Assembly (NCBI GenBank): GCA_951406725.2
Contig: OX597834.1
Location: forward strand, 10,850,001 to 10,914,000
Reading direction: 5' to 3'
Length of the DNA: 64,000 nucleotides
DNA from: Octopus vulgaris
Taxonomy: Eukaryota
A program made the position numbers and the translations under genes. The notes below the pieces were generated by a model that saw only the letters and a program-made list of their open reading frames with translations, was not told where the DNA came from and did not search any database. This document shows, piece by piece, positions 27,445 to 40,829 of the stretch (position 1 is the first letter of the stretch; each line of letters starts with the position of its first letter).

Positions 27445-28052
27445 ATTCGATTTCATCGATCCCAGTACCCAAATGGTACTTAATTCACAGCCCCCGAAGT
27501 GATGAAAGGAAAAGTCGACTGCGGCGGAATTTGAACTTAGAACGTAAAGACGAACGAAATGCCGCTAAGCATTTCGCTCAGCCTGCTAACGATTTCGCCA
27601 GCTCCCGACTCTATCAATAATACTTTCTACTGGAAATAAAAGGCCTCAAATTCTGGGGGAGGGGACTAGACTTTTATGTCGACCCCAGTGTGCCATTGGC
27701 ACTTTATTTATTGAATCCAGCAGGATGAATCGCAATGTCGAAATCGGCGGAATTTGAACTCAGAAACAAACGACGGGCGAAATACTGTTCGGTATTTCGA
27801 TCAGTAAAATAACGATTCTTATTTCTTTACTACCCACAAGTGGCTAAACACAGAGGGGACAAACAACGATAGACAAACTGATTTAGTTGATTACATCGAC
27901 CCCCAGTGCGTAACTGGTACTTATTTAATCGACCCCGAAAGAATGAAAGGCAAAGTCGACCTCGGCGGAATTTGAACTCTGCACGTAACGGCAGACGAAA
28001 TACGCCTACGCATTTCGCCCGGCGTGCTTAACGTTTCTGCCAGCTCGCTGCC
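27445..28052 (-). mobile_element. Cluster of SINE family A copies (two old, one young at ~27820-28052)
   Basis: Three ggcggaatttgaact cores in the same orientation. Confidence 0.8.
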
Positions 28053-28228
28053 TTCCGGACTCCACTGATAATGTTGAAGAATACCCACACAAAAAGGCAT
28101 ATAGTTCATACATCGTTCATAATAATATCGGTACATGTGTGGAGAGGGTGATTTATCAGCGCCATGAAGATGAAAGTAATAATCTGCACGGCAGAATTTG
28201 GATTATGACCGTTAGGTGAATAGCGTAA

Positions 28229-28283
<55 letters not shown>

Positions 28284-28285
28284 CA

Positions 28286-28830
28286 TTGAGTGAGAGAGCA
28301 GTTCATGCCATCAAAGTGACACTGGGGTAAAATATACGAAGCCCAATATACCCATCATGACTACCCGTCTGATAAAGGTACACCAGACACATGCATCACA
28401 AACATATGTGCGCGACATGGTGATCTCATATCAAGATAAACAGCACATGACCTTGCAGGTGGGGCCCAGTTAGAATTTTCTTCAGGTTGAGTAGCCCATC
28501 CCGCTCAAAAGGTCCCTGAATAAGGGTTGTTTAAGGGTGTTGAAAGAACCACCCATGTTTCCAGAGGTGAATTATTCAAACCCCAAAGAATCCCTCTCAA
28601 CACATGGCTATGATGCTCCCCCACTACTTCTTCTCTTGATCAGAGATGCACATATCGTCAGCCACTAAGGGACATGCTCAACTGGTTAAAGTCAAACAAC
28701 TGACAAGCAAATCTGTGGTATTGAGCAGAATATTTACTGTAGCCCATCTTTTATACCAAGACAAAACAATATACGTGATAACAATTCCGATCAGTGAAGA
28801 TCAGAAGCCATGAGAGCCACTGCCTAGTAC

Positions 28831-28831
<1 letters not shown>
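28286..28831 (-). mobile_element. ~555-bp non-coding (AAT)n-embedded element, copy 2
   Basis: Reverse complement of 21830-22385; flanked by (TTA)n at 28231-28284 and 28833-28892. Confidence 0.85.
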
Positions 28832-28892
<61 letters not shown>

Positions 28893-29203
28893 CACTTCAG
28901 CAGTGATTGTTTCTAATCTACACTTGAGGAACGGAGTAGTCCAGTATAAGGAACCCAATCTACGACTTGTGTTTGATTTAATGGACCACTGGTGGCGGGG
29001 AATGATTGCAAAACTGACTTCAGCTGGATTGAACTCAGAACGTTATAAACCGGAGGAATTAGTCCAAAGCATTATGTCAGACTTTTAAACGATTCTCTCA
29101 ATCTCCATCCTTTACTGTAATACGATTTCCTTACGTAGAGGCAAGTGTGGAAATTTGAGGTAATAAGTTTGTCGACTGAATCGAAACTGGATCGAAACTA
29201 GTG

Positions 29204-29481
29204 CATAATTCAACAAACTAGAATCTAACAGGATTTGAACGTAGAACGCAATTTTAGTAACATGATGTTCATTATTATTGACTCTTCAATAATAATAAAA
29301 AATAACATTGAAAGTTTCAACGTAACAACGACCAGCATACCAACATAATTCAACAAACTAGAATCTAACAGGATTTGAACGTAGAACGCGATGTGAGTAA
29401 CATGCTGTTCATTATTATTGACTCTTCAATAATAATAAAAACACATTAAAAGCGTCAGTGTAACAACGACCAGCATACCAC
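29204..29481. repeat. ~140-bp tandem duplication
   Basis: cataattcaacaaactagaatctaacaggatttgaacgtagaacgc starts at 29204 and 29344. Confidence 0.88.
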
Positions 29482-30709
29482 GACGCCTAATTACTAGTTA
29501 AACCACTATGACAATAAAATAATTCCGAAAACATCTCACGCATACAGGAGAATAATTCTCATGAAAAACCATCAGTGGCAAAAAAAAAAAAAAATAATAA
29601 TAATAAAAATCTTTGTATCAATATTGAAACTTCAGAGAATACAGAATTTCAGCGAGCATATTTACGAGACAGCTTTCATTTCTGTTCTATATAATACACA
29701 GACATGTATTTTGTCTCCCCACATCAATATGTATAATGTTGATTTCTCCATAGAACATAAAACTATAAAAACAATAGCAAAACAAGTAAGTTCTTTGATG
29801 ACATCATGTGGATTTTCAGGTCTATTAAACTTTTTTTTTTTTTATCAACTAGACAAAAAAAAAAAAAAAAAAAAAAGCAATATCATAAATCGGGGTCCAA
29901 TAAATCAATATTCATATCCTTTGAATAATTTATTTGCATATAACCTTCGTAATTAGATTTCCGTTAGCAGATATTACAGGTTACACTCTTTCTATTCATT
30001 TTACTATAACCACAAATAGCTTCACCACTCTCTCTCTGTCTGTCTGTCTCTCTTTATTTCTCTCTCTCTCTCTCTATCTTTCTCTCATTCTGTGTCTCGT
30101 CAACGAATATTCGCTCCGATATATTAGTGATTAGCAGAAACGCATTTTTTTTCTTTTGTTCATTCGGTCGTTCAATTATACCTGAAATTATGGTCCACAT
30201 GCTTCAACGACATATGTCTACGAATCGGTTTCAATTCGGTTTTAGATTTATAGGGCTAAATATTAAAAAAACAAAAAAAAAAAATCACTGCTTAAACTTT
30301 TAGCGTTGTGTCTACAGTTCTATACGTTCACACTTTCTAAGTCAATCAAAAGCCATTCTTAACGCTTGGATAACCCAATACTTAAAGGAGCAATTAGCTA
30401 TAATAAAATGCTACATTGAGATAAACAGCAAATGTTATTTACAATTGATTTCTTCTGCTCAGGGACAAAGCATTAACGTTGGCCAAATCGAGGAAACGTT
30501 AGTTTATCGGCCGAAGGAAGAAATTGGTCTTTGTATCATATTACTTGGGTAACATTACAATATTGTAGTCTAGATGAAGATACAATACAGAAAAAATAAT
30601 ATATTTGATAATTTTATAGTGAAAAACTTGAACTTCTTAATAACAAATATATAGATGAAGGTGACAATGTACATCGAGTTATTGGTTATCACCAGGTAAG
30701 GTTTTATAG

Positions 30710-31308
30710 GGAGGCGAGCTGGCAGAAACGCTAGCGTGCTGGGCGAAATGTTTAGCGGTATTTCGTCTGTTTTATACGCTCTGAGTTCAAATTCCGCCGA
30801 GGTCGACTTTGCCTTTCGTCCTTTCGGGGACGATTAAATAAGTACCAGTTAGGCACTGGGGTCGATATAACCGACTTAATCCGTTTGTCTGTCCTTGTTT
30901 GTCCTCTCTTTGCTTAGCCACTTGTGGGTAGTAAAGAAATAGGTATTTCATCTGTCGTTACATTCTGAGTTCAAATTCCACCGAGGTCGACTTTGCTTTT
31001 ATCCTTTTGGGGTCGATAAATAAAGTACCGATTTCGCACTGGGGTTGATATAATTAACTTAATCCGTTTTTCTGTCCTTTTTGTCCTCTCTGTGTTTAGC
31101 CCCTTGTGGGTAGTAAAGAAATGGGTATTTCGTCTGTCGTTACGTTCTGAGTTCAAATCCCGGCGAGGTCAACTTTGCCTTTCATCCGTTCGGGGTCGAT
31201 AAATTTAGGACCAGTTACGCACTGGGGTCGATATAATCGACTTAATCCGTTTGTCTGTCCTTGTTTGTCACCTCTATGTTTAGCCCCTTGTGGGCAGTAA
31301 AGAAATAT
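30710..31308 (+). mobile_element. SINE family A trimer with a single 20-bp TSD
   Basis: TSD tcaccaggtaaggttttata at 30689-30708 and 31310-31329; units are joined at GGTATTTC. Confidence 0.93.
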
Positions 31309-31799
31309 GTCACCAGGTAAGGTTTTATAATCAGACGCTTCACCTCTTATCTCAGCATTTTATGAGACAATCTTGCATTGCATTACGCATTATGAAAATT
31401 AAAGAGTATGCATGTGTTGCGATAGGGAGATGATGGAGATATAGCTGCTATTTCGAAATAGTTGAGCAACTAAATAGAAGCAAGAATGAATCTAGGTGTG
31501 TTTGAACGCAGAGCTTAAAAAGCAATGCGCACCTGTGTTTGCGCGCGCGTGAGAGTATGTGTATTTTTACGAACGAAAATTTATATTCGAATAATTTGTC
31601 TTTCGTACCACGTATATTAGAACGCTGCCCTCTCGCCTTGCAAGCAAAGACGAAAAAAAAAAAGAAAAAACTCATTTTTGTCACGTGGCTGTTTAAATCA
31701 TAGGTTGAAGCTGGATAGGAGGACTTTGAATATAGGTTAAGGTCATTTACGATGTCAGCTGTAAATAAATATATTGTGGCACCCGTATATACTCCATAC

Positions 31800-32036
31800 T
31801 CTTACTCTTTTACTCGTTTCACTTGTTTTAGTCATGTGACTGTGGACATGCTGGAGCACCGCCTTTAGTCGAGCAAATCGACCTCAGGACTTATTCTTTG
31901 TAAGCCTAATGCTTAGTCTATCGGTGTCTTTTGCAGAACCGCTAAGTTACGGGGACGTATACACACCCGCATAAGTTGTCAAGCGATGTTGGGGGGACAA
32001 ACACACACACAAACACATACACGCACACACACACAT

Positions 32037-32073
<37 letters not shown>

Positions 32074-32228
32074 TACGACCGGCTTCTTTCAGTTTCCGTC
32101 TAACAAATCCACTCACAAGGCTTTGGTGGGTCCGAGGCTATAGTAAAAGACTCTTGCCCAAGGTGCCACGCAATGGAACTGAACCCAGAACCATGTGGTT
32201 GGTAAGCAAGCTACTTACAACACAGCCT
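31800..32228 (-). mobile_element. SINE family B
   Basis: Reverse complement of the family B sequence, lacking the first few bases. Confidence 0.88.
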
Positions 32229-32999
32229 CATGTATACACTGGCTTGTGCAGCACCTTCATTTAACTAAAATAACATCGTCCTAATGAGTAGCTACTTGGA
32301 ATACCCGTTAATTTCTACTCTCGAAGTTCTGCTAGCTAGGAAACATATGTAGTTTGAATTTCACCTGCTCCATTCCCTGTATGTATATATGTATGTAGTG
32401 TGAGAGAAAAGTAGACGAAGAGGGATATGTTTTTTACCTTCCTCTGAAATGATGGTGTTTTGCAGAGTTTCATTGTACTTGTTACACGGAAAACCTACAC
32501 ATCCAACACACTCAAAGGTATGCTGAATATGGCTAGCGACAGTTTCCGCTGTTAAAGACTGAACGCAAAGTGAAATCGTTTTACATCGAACTTTTTAACC
32601 GCAAGTATAGTTTTGCTGAACATTACATAATTATATAGAACCTACGTCAGAAGGGTTTATGTATTTATTTATACAAGGCGTAATTATATTTTTAAATGAT
32701 AATGCAAGGCTTCCCAGAATGTTGAGATAAATGGTTGCTGTAATTCACCAAGCAGGTTGACGTGAAGAAAGAATTAAGAGTTTTAGTACTTGAACAAGAA
32801 ACACGGATTGAACAAACGGGTTTGGTTTTCATCACGTGTTAAGACACCTGGAATGAAACAATGAAGAATAGCAGATACATAATTTAGCCTCAGGGTGGAG
32901 GTGATACGCAGTCAGCTGCTTCCGAATACCTTAACACATTATACTAAGCATACATAGAAAATTATGCTCGTTTACATACATACATGCATACATACATAA

Positions 33000-33076
<77 letters not shown>

Positions 33077-33278
33077 TGTGATCACCGTGACCGACCAGGC
33101 TATCAGATGTTACTACACATCGCTGGTCACAATGTCATCCGATCCGGATTAGCAGCAGGAATATTCAGATACATGAACTACAGGTGTGTGTTTAATGGAT
33201 TGTACACGAAAGCAAACAAGATGTTTTCATTTGGCCAAAATGGCACTATTCTGTTTAATATATTTGTGTTCGCTGGAA

Positions 33279-33510
33279 GGCGGTTAGCTGGCAGAAACGT
33301 TAGCGCGCCGGGCGAAATGCTTAACGGTATTTCGTCTGTCGTTACGTTCTGAGTTCAAATTCCGCCGAGGTCGACTTTGCCTTTCATCCTTTCAGGGTCG
33401 ATAAATAAAAGTACCAGTTTCGCACTGGAGTCGATGTAATCGAATTAATCCGTTTGTCTGTCCTTGTTTGTCCTCTCTATGTTTAGCCCCTTGTGAGCAA
33501 TAAAGAAATA
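33279..33510 (+). mobile_element. SINE family A monomer with 21-bp TSD
   Basis: aatatatttgtgttcgctgga at 33257-33277 and 33507-33527. Confidence 0.92.
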
Positions 33511-34009
33511 TATTTGTGTTCGCTGGATGGCAGAATCTTTAAATCGACAAAGTTAATTACCTATAGTATTTAATTTCATTTACTAGATTCCGAATTTACG
33601 ATCTTCATTTCTTCTGTTTTTCCCAAAGATGTTTGATCCCCGTCTCAATGTTAAGAATCCATAATATCTATATTTGAAATGGGTACTTGGTATTCATTAG
33701 TAGATGGTCAGGTAGAAATACTTCCCTTATATAATTTTACGATCTGCAGACATTTTTCAAATCACACAGCATAAAGTAGTTACACTTTCAGTCTTCTGGG
33801 CATATGTCCAAGTGTAGAACTTTTGACTATATATTGGACTTTGTAATCATTCATAAATCCCTTCATTATAACAAGCGTATATAATTTACGTTCCTATAAT
33901 CTGGTAATTTGTATCAAAATCTTTTACATAATTTCTCGACTTCACGCGTTGTTCATTTGTAATTTAAAATTAGATTAGCAGAACCTTCACTTCCCAGAGA
34001 ACATTCCAA

Positions 34010-34768
34010 ATAATCCTTTATACAAGGGGCACAAGGGTTGATGTAGTGGAGGAAGGGGCTAGTCCATTACATCGACCCCAGTGCGTAACTGGCACTTGTT
34101 TCATCAACCTCGAAAGGATGAAAAGCAAAGTCGACCTCTGCAGAATTTAGGACAGAGCGTAAGGACAGACGAAATGTCGCTAAGTTCTTTGTCCGGCGTG
34201 CTAACGATTCTACCAGCTCGTCGCCTTAGACTATTCCATATATTACACATCACACATTCCATCTCCTTGTCTCAGAGGACAAGAATATACCGATGTCGCC
34301 GATTTGTAATCCCTTGCAGAATTTTCTTCTCCATGCTTTATATCACCGCTTTCCTAATGTTAGTCAACGACACTCGCATTTCTATATCTTTCATCTTTCG
34401 TCTTTAACTTGTTTTAGTCATTGGATTGCAGCCATAACGGGACACCACTATCATTGACTTTTAGGTGAATGAATCGACTTCCAACGCATTTTTTTAAAGC
34501 CTGGTTCTTACTCTATTAAATTTCTTTTTGCCGAAAAGGCTAAATTACGCGGACGTAAACAAACCAACCCAGCACGGTTGTCATGTGGTGGTGCTAACTC
34601 ATTACGCCGCTGGAGTTCAAATCCGTCGAGGTCGACTTTCCTTTCATCCTTTCGGTGTCGATAAATTAAGTACCAGTTACGCACTGGAGTCGATGAAATC
34701 GACTTAATCCGTTTCTCTGTCCTTGTTTGTCCCCTCTATCTTTAGCCCCTTGTGGGTAATAAAGAAAC
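34010..34768. mobile_element. Cluster of older SINE fragments (A minus 34010-34228, B minus ~34400-34590, A plus ~34600-34768)
   Basis: Diverged matches to both SINE sequences. Confidence 0.7.
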
Positions 34769-35340
34769 AGATACTAATAATTTGTTCTTCAGCTAATAAC
34801 ACATGGTGGCAAGTTCTATATGATACATACGATATATTTTGTCAACGCTGTATTCAAAACCTACACAGAACCATAACGATATATGTACGAGCACATGTAC
34901 ACTCAGAAATAATCACACACGCCTACACACTCCACATATAATTAGGAAAGTACACTTCTACATACACATATCAAGAGAGAAAAAGGCCTATACACGCAAA
35001 CATACACTATATGACGTATGAAAAGAATTATATTGGTTTGTCTGCGAAGGTATATACGTACTACGAAATTTCAAGAAGTTAAAATTTCAACCAAACTAAA
35101 TACAAGAACTCTTAGAGTTCTTTTTTTTTTTTTACAAAAATGTCACGACAATTAACTTATCGATTTTTCAAATCTCAGAAAACGAAAATGTTCTCATTTA
35201 TCAAATCCCCCATAGATTCGTTCGTGCCGTGTATTTGATTACTGTATGGAATCAAAGTCACTGTTAGGAATAATAAATATTAAGGGAAGAGCGGCTATTT
35301 GAAGGAAACCACTACTCCATCTCCACATGTTATGACGATG

Positions 35341-35341
<1 letters not shown>

Positions 35342-35433
<92 letters not shown>

Positions 35434-35434
35434 G

Positions 35435-35469
<35 letters not shown>

Positions 35470-35494
35470 GTATATATATATGTATATATATATG

Positions 35495-35526
<32 letters not shown>

Positions 35527-35568
35527 TGCATATATATATATATGTATATATGTATATATATATATATG

Positions 35569-35637
<69 letters not shown>

Positions 35638-35916
35638 CGCATTTCTTCTAATATATATATATATATCATATCATATCATATGTGTGTGTGTTTTTTTCTG
35701 ACTGTGTTTGTGCCCCCACACCATTTTGAAAAACTGATGTTGTTGTGCTTATGTCCCCATAACGTAGCTGTCCATTTACGCTTAAAAGTGCAAGTCTTGG
35801 GGTTGATTTGCTCGACTAAAACCTTCAAGTCGGTGCTCCCGCATAGTCGCAATCAAATTACCGACACTAGTAAAAGGAAAAAGAAAAGAATAAAAGAATA
35901 TGTATGTACGTATATA

Positions 35917-35954
<38 letters not shown>

Positions 35955-35956
35955 CG

Positions 35957-36039
<83 letters not shown>

Positions 36040-36200
36040 GTATATATACTTCTCTCAGTTTTGTCTACTAAATCCACTCACAGGGATTTGGTCAGCCTTA
36101 GCTCATAATGGAAGGCACTCGTCTAAGTTGCCACGCAATTGGACTGGGCAGTAAATCATGTGCAAAGCAAGCTTCTTCTCATGCAGCCATACCTGCACCT
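35342..36200. repeat. Long (TA)n tracts with partial SINE B fragments
   Basis: Direct reading; SINE B pieces near 35690-35890 (+) and 36050-36200 (-). Confidence 0.8.
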
Positions 36201-36392
36201 ATAAACATATATATATATATAATTAAATTAATTTTATGTATTGGCTTATGTTATTCATCGTTTGATTTGCCTAATAGTGGTTTTATCTCTAATTTAAAAT
36301 AATATAATATATTGTATTCATACGATAAAATTGGATTTAATCCTAAATCTGATTTTTTGCTGTAAGTTTGGATCTATTCCCTAATATTTTAT

Positions 36393-36438
<46 letters not shown>

Positions 36439-37562
36439 GTATCATAAGGATTGCTTAAGAATGAAGATACGCCAACATGTAAGACACCAGAAAATGGTTC
36501 CTGCATATCTTCCAGCATAACTGCACTCCTATGACTGAACAATTAAAATAATTTATACATCAGCCTCAGACGACCCCATAGAAAAATAATTAATTATAAC
36601 ATTCGCACAATTTATCATGACAAATAATAATTACAGCCAATTCCAGCATCGATCAATAATGTAGAAATTGATATGAGATTTAGCATAGGTAAATACTATC
36701 TCGTTCGCCAGACAAATGAAGAAACATTAATATTGAAGCTGTAACTCTCATCATCAATTATGAAACTAATTAGAAATAACATTATTAAACGTTTTCCCCA
36801 CCTATCCGTAAAGTCAATTCAGTATAGCTAACCCGTACAACACGGACATCAGCTACTTAGGTTATAAAACATTTTGCCGTCTTAAATCCCTAAAAGTCAA
36901 TTGTGGAAAATGCTATGTTATAATCAACCATATAGTATGAAGCGGGCAATAAATATACTTAACTGCTTCCTCAGACTGCTCTATACATACATTCCATACT
37001 GATATATTTATTAATGTCTTAATTTGTTTATAGGGCAGCGGTTTGCAGAATCATTAGCATGTCGGGCAAAGGCTTGTAGCATTTCGTCCACGTGGAAGTT
37101 ATGAGTTTAAATTTCACCGGTATCAACTTTATTTTTCATCCTTTTCGGGGGCAATGAAATATAAATGTACCTGTTGAGTATTAAATCGAGAAAACAGTAG
37201 GGGGGGGGAGCGATGAAATAAATTTAACCACGAAATTTATTCGATTTTAGAAAAATGGAAGAATGTCTCTCACATTTCCGGAGTGAAATGAACTTATTTT
37301 CTTCATGATGTCTGACCCCCTCCACTCTATTTATCTATATGCATCTACGAATCATATATGAAATAATACACAGTTAATTCAAGCCATTAATTTTGATCTA
37401 CTTTATTACATATACTTCAGCCTATAACTCTACGAAAATATAGTTAGCAAAATACTATTCATTACCTATATATAGTAACTTAAAATTGTGTCTATCTGTG
37501 TGCATATGTATGTATGTATGCATGTATATCTACAACATACAGACAGACACACACACACACAT

Positions 37563-37618
<56 letters not shown>

Positions 37619-37670
37619 TGTTTTTGGATTTGGTTTGCAAGATCCTTTATATGAGTTCGTGTGTTGAAGC

Positions 37671-37864
37671 ATATTCTGTTGTGTCTGGGGAGAGTCATTC
37701 TCTTTTAGTGCCTTATTTAGAAAGTCAAGACTATTGAAAAGGTGGCAAGACGCAACGAAAATTTTAGAAAATAAAAATAAGAAACAAGTGGAAATTTAAC
37801 CGGTGAGTGTGTTAAATGATAAGGCATTAAAAGAGAATGACTCTCCCCAGACACAACAGAATAT
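37671..37864. repeat. 46-bp inverted repeat pair between (TA)n tracts
   Basis: atattctgttgtgtctggggagagtcattctcttttagtgccttat (37671-37716) vs reverse complement of 37819-37864, one mismatch. Confidence 0.9.
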
Positions 37865-37866
37865 AC

Positions 37867-37919
<53 letters not shown>

Positions 37920-37985
37920 GGTCCCGGGTTGATTCGGGGTTAACCACAGTAAATAAGGTACTCAATACATAGCAGAGTAAAATTA

Positions 37986-38100
37986 ATTTATTATATAGAA
38001 GGAGCTTTACAGGACTAGAACTGTTTCATTCAAGAGAAATCTTCCTGAAGATTTCTCTTGAATGAAACAGTTCTAGTCCTGTAGAAGCTCCTTCTATATA

Positions 38101-38106
<6 letters not shown>
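37986..38106. repeat. Near-perfect 121-bp palindrome (59/60-bp arms, 2-nt spacer)
   Basis: Left arm 37986-38044 and right arm 38047-38106 differ by one indel. Confidence 0.93.
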
Positions 38107-38178
<72 letters not shown>

Positions 38179-38544
38179 TCACACACGCATACGCACACGC
38201 ATATATATATATATAATGTATATCGCTTTGGCACTATGATGTTCATATGCATAAAATACTTCTCTGTGAAATATTCTTTAGTTTAGTGAAAATGTCAAAA
38301 GACTGAAAGTTAGATATATCTAAAATGTTCAAAGTTTAAATTCAAGAGTGTATATATGTGTACGTACCCAGTGTGGGAGGCTGAGTTTTTCCTGCGTGTG
38401 TATGTGTGTGTGCATCCCTTTGGTGTGTGTGCAAATAAGCAACCGTCTGTCCTTCTGTCTGTGCATGAATGTATATATGTATGTATCTATCTATCTATCT
38501 ATATATCTATCTATCTATCTAACTATCTATCTGTATATATATAT

Positions 38545-38591
<47 letters not shown>

Positions 38592-39410
38592 TATTTGAAT
38601 ACATACATATAACACACATATACGCACACACACACACACGTACACAGACACGCATCTTTTATACGTTAAATTTGAATGTGTACATTTGTACTTTGTTTTT
38701 TCTTATCTGTTAAAATGTCTATTAAAAAAATATTACATAATGCAGAAGACTAATTTTTTATGAAAATGTCAAGACAATTAACTATCGATTTCTCAAATTT
38801 CAGAAAACCAAATGATCTCATTTCCACTGTCACTTTTATATTCGCACATGCCTCTTGATTACTTTATGATGTAATTGTCTCCGTTCGCTGTATTCTTTGA
38901 ACTATCTGCACGTAAAGACTGCAGTGCCATCTCTATGGTACTACCCACGATATTTTCGTTCCCAGGATCACTAGCATCGAATTAATCTTTATATTAAATA
39001 TCCTTTCTCTTGTGGCACAAAGCCTGAAATTTTCGAGGGGGTGGTCTTGTCTATAACCCCATGGCGTAAAGAGTAATTATTTTGTTGACTTTGAAAGATT
39101 GCAAGGTAATGTCGTTCTCAGAAGTATTTGATCTGTGAACCTAAAGACGGATGAAATGCTGCTAAGCATTTCGTCCGGCGTTCTAATTATTTTGCCCGCT
39201 TGCTGCATTTTTAATGGTTTTAAATTTTGTCACAAGACCGGCAATATTAGGGGATGAGATAAGTCGATAATATCGACCCAGTGCTCAAGTGGTACTTCTG
39301 TTATCGATTCGAAGCGAAGAAAGTTGAAATGCCGCTAAGCACTTCATCACGTGTGCTAACAATTTTGCTATCTCACCGTGGAAACAAAATAAAATAATAA
39401 AACTTTCCTA

Positions 39411-39760
39411 GGCGCAGGAGTGGCTGTTTGGAAAGTAGCTCGCTTACCAACCACATGGTTCTGAGTTCAGTTCCACTGCGTGGCATCTTGTGAGTGGAAT
39501 TGGTAGACGGAAACTGAAAAAAACCTGTCTTATATATGTATATATGTATGTGTGTATATATGTTTGTGCGTCTGTGTTTGTCCTCCCCCAACATCACTTG
39601 ACAACCGATGGTGGTGTGTTTACGTCCCCGTAACTTAGCAGTTCGGCAAAAGAGACCGATAGAATAAGTACTAGGCTTACAAAGGATAAGTCCTCGGGAC
39701 GACGTGCTCGACTAAAGGCAGCGCTCCAGCATGGCCGCAGTCAAATGACTGAAACAAGCA
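39411..39760 (+). mobile_element. SINE family B with an internal deletion of the CORE-like part
   Basis: Head and tail match family B; cgtggcatcttgtgagtgg junction. Confidence 0.88.
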
Positions 39761-40829
39761 AAAAACAAAAAAAAACAAACAAAAAAAAAACAAACAAAAA
39801 ATAAAAACTTAGAGACTTTAGTTTCTGTCATGGTTTTGCTGGTTATATTCAAATCAGTATTTGGTTTGCACTTCTTTATATTGAATGCAACGGTTGGATT
39901 AATGCACATTGAAATGTTGCATTACATGAAATCAGAGCCTAAAGCACTGGAAGAAGGAACGAAGTTTGCGTAACCCATTTACAACCGCCTTATTGATTCT
40001 ACTAACCTAACAGGTTTGTAGTGAAAAAATACATTAGAATAATATTAATCCGACATTTTGGCACATGATGTTATAACAATATATCAGCAATGGTTTCAAG
40101 TGCGCAGCAGTGGCTGTGTGGTAAGTAGCTTGTTTACCAACCAGATTCAAGAACAGGAAGTACTGCATAGCATTGCGGAGGAAAATACGTCCGTTGATTG
40201 GCTAAGCCATACGGAATGATACGGTTAGTTTAGACCGAGAAATCATTCTCAAATTAGGCTGAAATATTAAAATACAGACCCGTTATCGGTGTTATGCAAA
40301 TGTGTGGGCCAGAAAATATAAAGCTGGTCATTGACAGACGTCTTATGGCTACCATGTTACAGCACTGTGGACGGTTTGCAATGTTGGGATTTGTTGATAG
40401 GTGTCTCGGGGTCGGAAGGGATTTGTATAATGTTTTGTGTGCTACTGACTCTGAAAATCTCAATGCCAAGTAGCGCTCTTTCTGAGGCGAGAATTTTAGA
40501 GATAAGAAACTGATAATCTTGGTCAACGAGTCAATCATTTTAAGTGTAGTAGTGTGAGTTAACTGAGCGTGGTTTCCATGGAATCGCTAACTTGGAAAGC
40601 GAATGAAGGGGTTGCAGAAGGTCGCAGTCAAGAGCAGCGCGCTTCTGTATAACCAACTTCTTCTCCACGGCTTGTTGAAGTTCAAAGGCGGCATAAATGT
40701 TCTGCCCATCCCTGGCCTGGAAATAACCGACCTAACTCTCAAGGACTGAAGAGTAATCAACATAAGTGAGATCCATTCCATCTGCGTCGAGAGGAATGAA
40801 TCGGTAAAGTCCTCTTCCACCTAAAAGAA

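Noticed and set aside
35299-36108. 269-aa and many other [14 protein letters not shown] ORFs (also 46-48 kb and 62-63 kb)
   Set aside because: Stop-free translations of dinucleotide microsatellites; no coding signal
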